NCBI GenBank assembly: GCA_002436405.1
Contig: DJLZ01000005.1
Coordinates: 635,463-667,462 of the forward strand
From: Proteobacteria bacterium UBA6503
Lineage (GTDB): Bacteria > Pseudomonadota > Alphaproteobacteria > UBA1280 > UBA6503
Direction: 5' to 3'
DNA length: 32,000 nucleotides
Program-made: the position numbers and the translations under genes
Part shown: piece after piece, positions 29,007 through 32,000 of the stretch
How the letters are laid out: each line of letters opens with the position of its first letter
How positions within the stretch are numbered: the stretch's first letter is position 1
The notes under the pieces: generated by a model
Seen by the model: the letters and a program-made list of their open reading frames with translations, nothing else
The model's database searches: none
Told to the model about the DNA's origin: nothing

Positions 29007-29837
29007 TTATTTCTTATGACGCGAACGAACGATAAGCTTGTTCGAAGGCTTCTTACGGCTGCGTGTACGGTAACCCTTAGTAGGTACACCCCAAGGTGTA
29101 ACTGGGTGACGGCCACCAGATGTCTTACCTTCACCACCACCGTGTGGGTGATCGATCGGGTTCATAACAACACCACGAACGGTAGGACGGATGCCCAACC
29201 AGCGCTTACGGCCAGCTTTACCTAGTTCTGAGTTGCCATGGTCTGGGTTTGAAACAGCACCAATTGTTGCCATGCAGGTTTCTAGTACGCGACGACGCTC
29301 GCCTGACGGCATACGTAGCATTGCGTAGCCACCGTCTTTACCAACAAGCTGAACGTATGCACCAGCTGAACGAGCCATTTGACCGCCCTTGCCTGGTTTT
29401 AGTTCAACGTTGTGAACGATGGTACCCACTGGGATGTTTTTAAGGGCTAGCGCGTTACCTGGAGTAATTTCGCTGCCTTCACCTGACATTAGCTTGTCGC
29501 CAGCTTTAACACGTTGTGGGGCTAGAATGTAAGCTAGCTCACCATCTTCGTATTTAAGCAGAGCTAGGAACGCTGTACGGTTTGGATCGTATTCCAAGCG
29601 CTCAACGTTAGCAATCATGCCAGTTTTGTTACGTTTAAAGTCAACAAGACGCAGCTTACGCTTGTGACCACCACCACGGTGGCGCACAGTAATGCGACCT
29701 GCGTTGTTACGGCCTGCGGTTTTCTTCTTAGTAACCAGCAAGCTTTTAACAGGTTTCTCGTTTGACAATTCACTACGGTCAACCGTGATAAGGTGACGGC
29801 GACCTGGAGATGTTGGTTTGTATGTTACCAATGCCAT
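29007..29837 (-). CDS. rplB: 50S ribosomal protein L2
   Basis: 276 aa. [18 protein letters not shown]...[31 protein letters not shown]. Confidence 0.98.
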   Translation of the reverse strand: MALVTYKPTSPGRRHLITVDRSELSNEKPVKSLLVTKKKTAGRNNAGRITVRHRGGGHKRKLRLVDFKRNKTGMIANVERLEYDPNRTAFLALLKYEDGELAYILAPQRVKAGDKLMSGEGSEITPGNALALKNIPVGTIVHNVELKPGKGGQMARSAGAYVQLVGKDGGYAMLRMPSGERRRVLETCMATIGAVSNPDHGNSELGKAGRKRWLGIRPTVRGVVMNPIDHPHGGGEGKTSGGRHPVTPWGVPTKGYRTRSRKKPSNKLIVRSRHKK

Positions 29838-29855
29838 TGTCTTAGTTCCTTTATA

Positions 29856-30167
29856 TTAGATGCCAGTACCAAGGTCGATGTTGTCACCCTGTTTCAGAGT
29901 AACGTAGGCCTTGCGGATATCGTTGCGCTTACCCATGATGCCACGGAAGCGTTTTACTTTGCCTGCAATGTTAACTGTGTTCACTTTAGTTACAGTTACA
30001 CCGTACATTGCTTCAACGGCTTTTTTAACGTCTACCTTAGTGGCGTTTGGCGCAATGTTGAATACAACTTGGCCACGCTCACCGGCAACACTTGCTTTTT
30101 CGGTTACCACTGGTGACACGATAGTCTGTGTCATCCACTCGGTAATTTTTGCTTTAGTCTTAGCCAT
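29856..30167 (-). CDS. rplW: 50S ribosomal protein L23
   Basis: 103 aa. IVSPVVTEKASVAGERGQVVFNIAPNATKVDVKKAVEAMYGVTVTKVNTVN. Confidence 0.95.
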   Translation of the reverse strand: MAKTKAKITEWMTQTIVSPVVTEKASVAGERGQVVFNIAPNATKVDVKKAVEAMYGVTVTKVNTVNIAGKVKRFRGIMGKRNDIRKAYVTLKQGDNIDLGTGI

Positions 30168-30172
30168 TTTAC

Positions 30173-30796
30173 TTAGCTCCGTGTTACGCGTGCTTCTAGC
30201 ATCGGCACAGCGGTTTTTGTTACAACTAGCATGTCTGCACGTAGGATGTCGTATACGTTAGCGCCTTCTGTAGGAAGAACCTTAACGTGTGGCAAGTTAC
30301 GTGTAGCTAGTTCGAAGTTCTTGTCGTTGCTGTCAACGATGAACAAAGCGTTTTGTAGTGAAAGCTTAGAAAGCTTAGTCGCCATGTCCTTAGTTTTTGG
30401 TGATGAAGACTTAGCTTCGTCCAAAATAACTAGTTTCTTGTCAGCTGCTTTGCTTGCTAGTGCTGAAGCCAAACCCATTGCGCGGATTTGCTTAGGTAGC
30501 GACGTAGCAAATGAACGTGGCTTAGGACCGAACGCGCGGCCACCGCCAACGAAAATGTTTGAGCGACGTGAGCCGTGACGAGCGTTACCGCTGCCTTTTT
30601 GACGACCCCATTTAGCACCTGTACGTGCGATTTCAGCACGAGTTAGTGTTGAAGCTGTGCCAGCGCGGCGCTTTGCCAACTGCCATAGTACAACACGGTG
30701 CATGATGTCTTTACGCACTTCTCCGCCAAAAGTAGATTTTGGTAGGTCAATGCTTTCCAGCTTTTTGCCGTCTAGATTGATTACATCAAGTTTCAT
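30173..30796 (-). CDS. rplD: 50S ribosomal protein L4
   Basis: 207 aa. KLDVINLDGKKLESIDLPKSTFG...GAKWGRQKGSGNARHGSRRSNIFVGGGRAFGPKPRSF. Confidence 0.97.
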   Translation of the reverse strand: MKLDVINLDGKKLESIDLPKSTFGGEVRKDIMHRVVLWQLAKRRAGTASTLTRAEIARTGAKWGRQKGSGNARHGSRRSNIFVGGGRAFGPKPRSFATSLPKQIRAMGLASALASKAADKKLVILDEAKSSSPKTKDMATKLSKLSLQNALFIVDSNDKNFELATRNLPHVKVLPTEGANVYDILRADMLVVTKTAVPMLEARVTRS

Positions 30797-30821
30797 TGTC
30801 TTTATCCTCTACTTTGCCGGA

Positions 30822-31469
30822 CTATTTGTTTGTTTGTGGTTTTTTAACCGCGTCGATAACGCGAACCACACTACCTTTAGCACCTGGCACTGAACCTTTA
30901 ATAAGGATCAAACCGCGGTCAGCATCAACTGATACAACTTGCAAGTTCTGCTGTGTACGTGTGCGGTTACCCATTTGACCAGCCATTTTCTTGCCTTTGA
31001 ATACCTTACCAGGATCCTGACATTGACCAGTTGAACCGTGTGAACGGTGAGAAACAGACACACCGTGTGATGCACGCAGACCACCAAAGTTGTGGCGCTT
31101 CATCGCCCCTGCGAAACCTTTACCGATTGTTGTGCCTTGCACATCAACGTATTGGCCTTCAGAGAAGATGTCGGTTTTAATTTCTGAACCCACTTCCAGC
31201 ATGTTCTCAGCTGAAACGCGGAATTCTTTTAGGTTTTTCTTAGGCTCAACCTTAGCTTTGGCGAAGTGGCCTAGCTGAGGCTTAGCAATACGGCTTGGCT
31301 TAGCGTTTTGCTCGCCAACCTGAATAGCTGTGTAACCGTTTTTCTCGTCAGTAAGCTGTTGTGTTACCTGTAGGTCTTTAACCTGCAGAACAGTTACCGG
31401 GATATCGCGGCCTTCTTCAGAGAAAACACGAGTCATACCAACTTTAGTAGCAATAATACCTGTACGCAT
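30822..31469 (-). CDS. rplC: 50S ribosomal protein L3
   Basis: 215 aa. [30 protein letters not shown]...[49 protein letters not shown]. Confidence 0.98.
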   Translation of the reverse strand: MRTGIIATKVGMTRVFSEEGRDIPVTVLQVKDLQVTQQLTDEKNGYTAIQVGEQNAKPSRIAKPQLGHFAKAKVEPKKNLKEFRVSAENMLEVGSEIKTDIFSEGQYVDVQGTTIGKGFAGAMKRHNFGGLRASHGVSVSHRSHGSTGQCQDPGKVFKGKKMAGQMGNRTRTQQNLQVVSVDADRGLILIKGSVPGAKGSVVRVIDAVKKPQTNK

Positions 31470-31485
31470 TAGTCAATCCCTCCGC

Positions 31486-31797
31486 TTACAGTTTAATTTG
31501 CACATCAACGCCTGAGGCTAGGTCTAGCTTCATTAGGGCATCGATTGTTTGTGGTGTTGGCTCAACAATTTCAAGCATACGCTTGTGCGTACGGATCTCG
31601 AACTGCTCACGTGATTTTTTGTTCACGTGTGGGCTACGAAGAACAGTGAACTTCTCGATGCGTGTAGGCAACGGGATAGGACCATGAACTTGTGCGCCTG
31701 TGCGCTTAGCGGTATCTACGATCTCGCTTGTTGATTTGTCTAGCACACGGTAGTCGTATGCTTTTAGACGAATGCGAATGTTTTGTGTTACATCCAT
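31486..31797 (-). CDS. rpsJ: 30S ribosomal protein S10
   Basis: 103 aa. [68 protein letters not shown]. Confidence 0.98.
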   Translation of the reverse strand: MDVTQNIRIRLKAYDYRVLDKSTSEIVDTAKRTGAQVHGPIPLPTRIEKFTVLRSPHVNKKSREQFEIRTHKRMLEIVEPTPQTIDALMKLDLASGVDVQIKL

Positions 31798-31883
31798 TTT
31801 CTTTTCTCCTTAAGAGCATTCGAGAGGCGGTTTCCTGTCCCGCCTCTCCAGAGGCTCTGATTTACTTTAAGCTTAGTTACAAC

Positions 31884-32000
31884 TTATTTTGTAATTTCAG
31901 CAACAACACCAGCACCTACAGTACGGCCGCCTTCACGAATAGCGAAGCGTAGGCCTTTGTCCATAGCGATAGGAGCGATTAGCTCAACGTTCATTTCAAC
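31884..32000 (-). CDS. tuf: Elongation factor Tu, 3' end only (truncated by window edge)
   Basis: Manual minus-strand translation of the window edge gives the C-terminus [38 protein letters not shown]. Confidence 0.95.
   Translation of the reverse strand, partial: VEMNVELIAPIAMDKGLRFAIREGGRTVGAGVVAEITK

Noticed and set aside
27702-30893. Multiple plus-strand ORFs opposite rpsC, rplV, rplB, rplW and rplD
   Set aside because: Antisense frames within essential ribosomal genes, lacking independent evidence.
1-32000. CRISPR arrays, transposases, integrases, toxin-antitoxin or defence genes
   Set aside because: None seen when reading the window. Every region over about 250 nt is accounted for by housekeeping genes or the orphan ORF.

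Overview
The window looks like an ordinary chromosomal region of an alphaproteobacterium-like genome. The right half (about 17.07-32.0 kb, all minus strand) is one S10-spc-alpha ribosomal superoperon: 3' end of tuf, then rpsJ-rplC-rplD-rplW-rplB-rpsS-rplV-rpsC-rplP-rpmC-rpsQ-rplN-rplX-rplE-rpsN-rpsH-rplF-rplR-rpsE-rpmD-rplO-secY-adk-infA-rpmJ-rpsM-rpsK-rpoA-rplQ. The left half holds housekeeping genes: hisS, a RodZ-like HTH membrane protein, rpsU, a UbiG-like methyltransferase, a GrxC-like glutaredoxin, a ComF-like phosphoribosyltransferase, a second methyltransferase, a nitroreductase, an alpha/beta hydrolase, gltX, an endonuclease/exonuclease/phosphatase protein, a MutT-like Nudix hydrolase, secA, an M23 peptidase, a parvulin PPIase and a small lipoprotein. 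The most distinctive locus is an unidentified 330-aa ORF on the minus strand (15878..16870). It sits between two hairpin terminators, has visibly different base composition, and carries a Lys/Arg-rich C-terminal tail. A second theme is Lys/Ala-rich low-complexity extensions on several unrelated proteins (S5, L17, L5, the RodZ-like protein and the orphan). No CRISPR array, mobile element, tRNA, rRNA or recognisable defence system was seen, and I cannot claim a new biological system from sequence alone.
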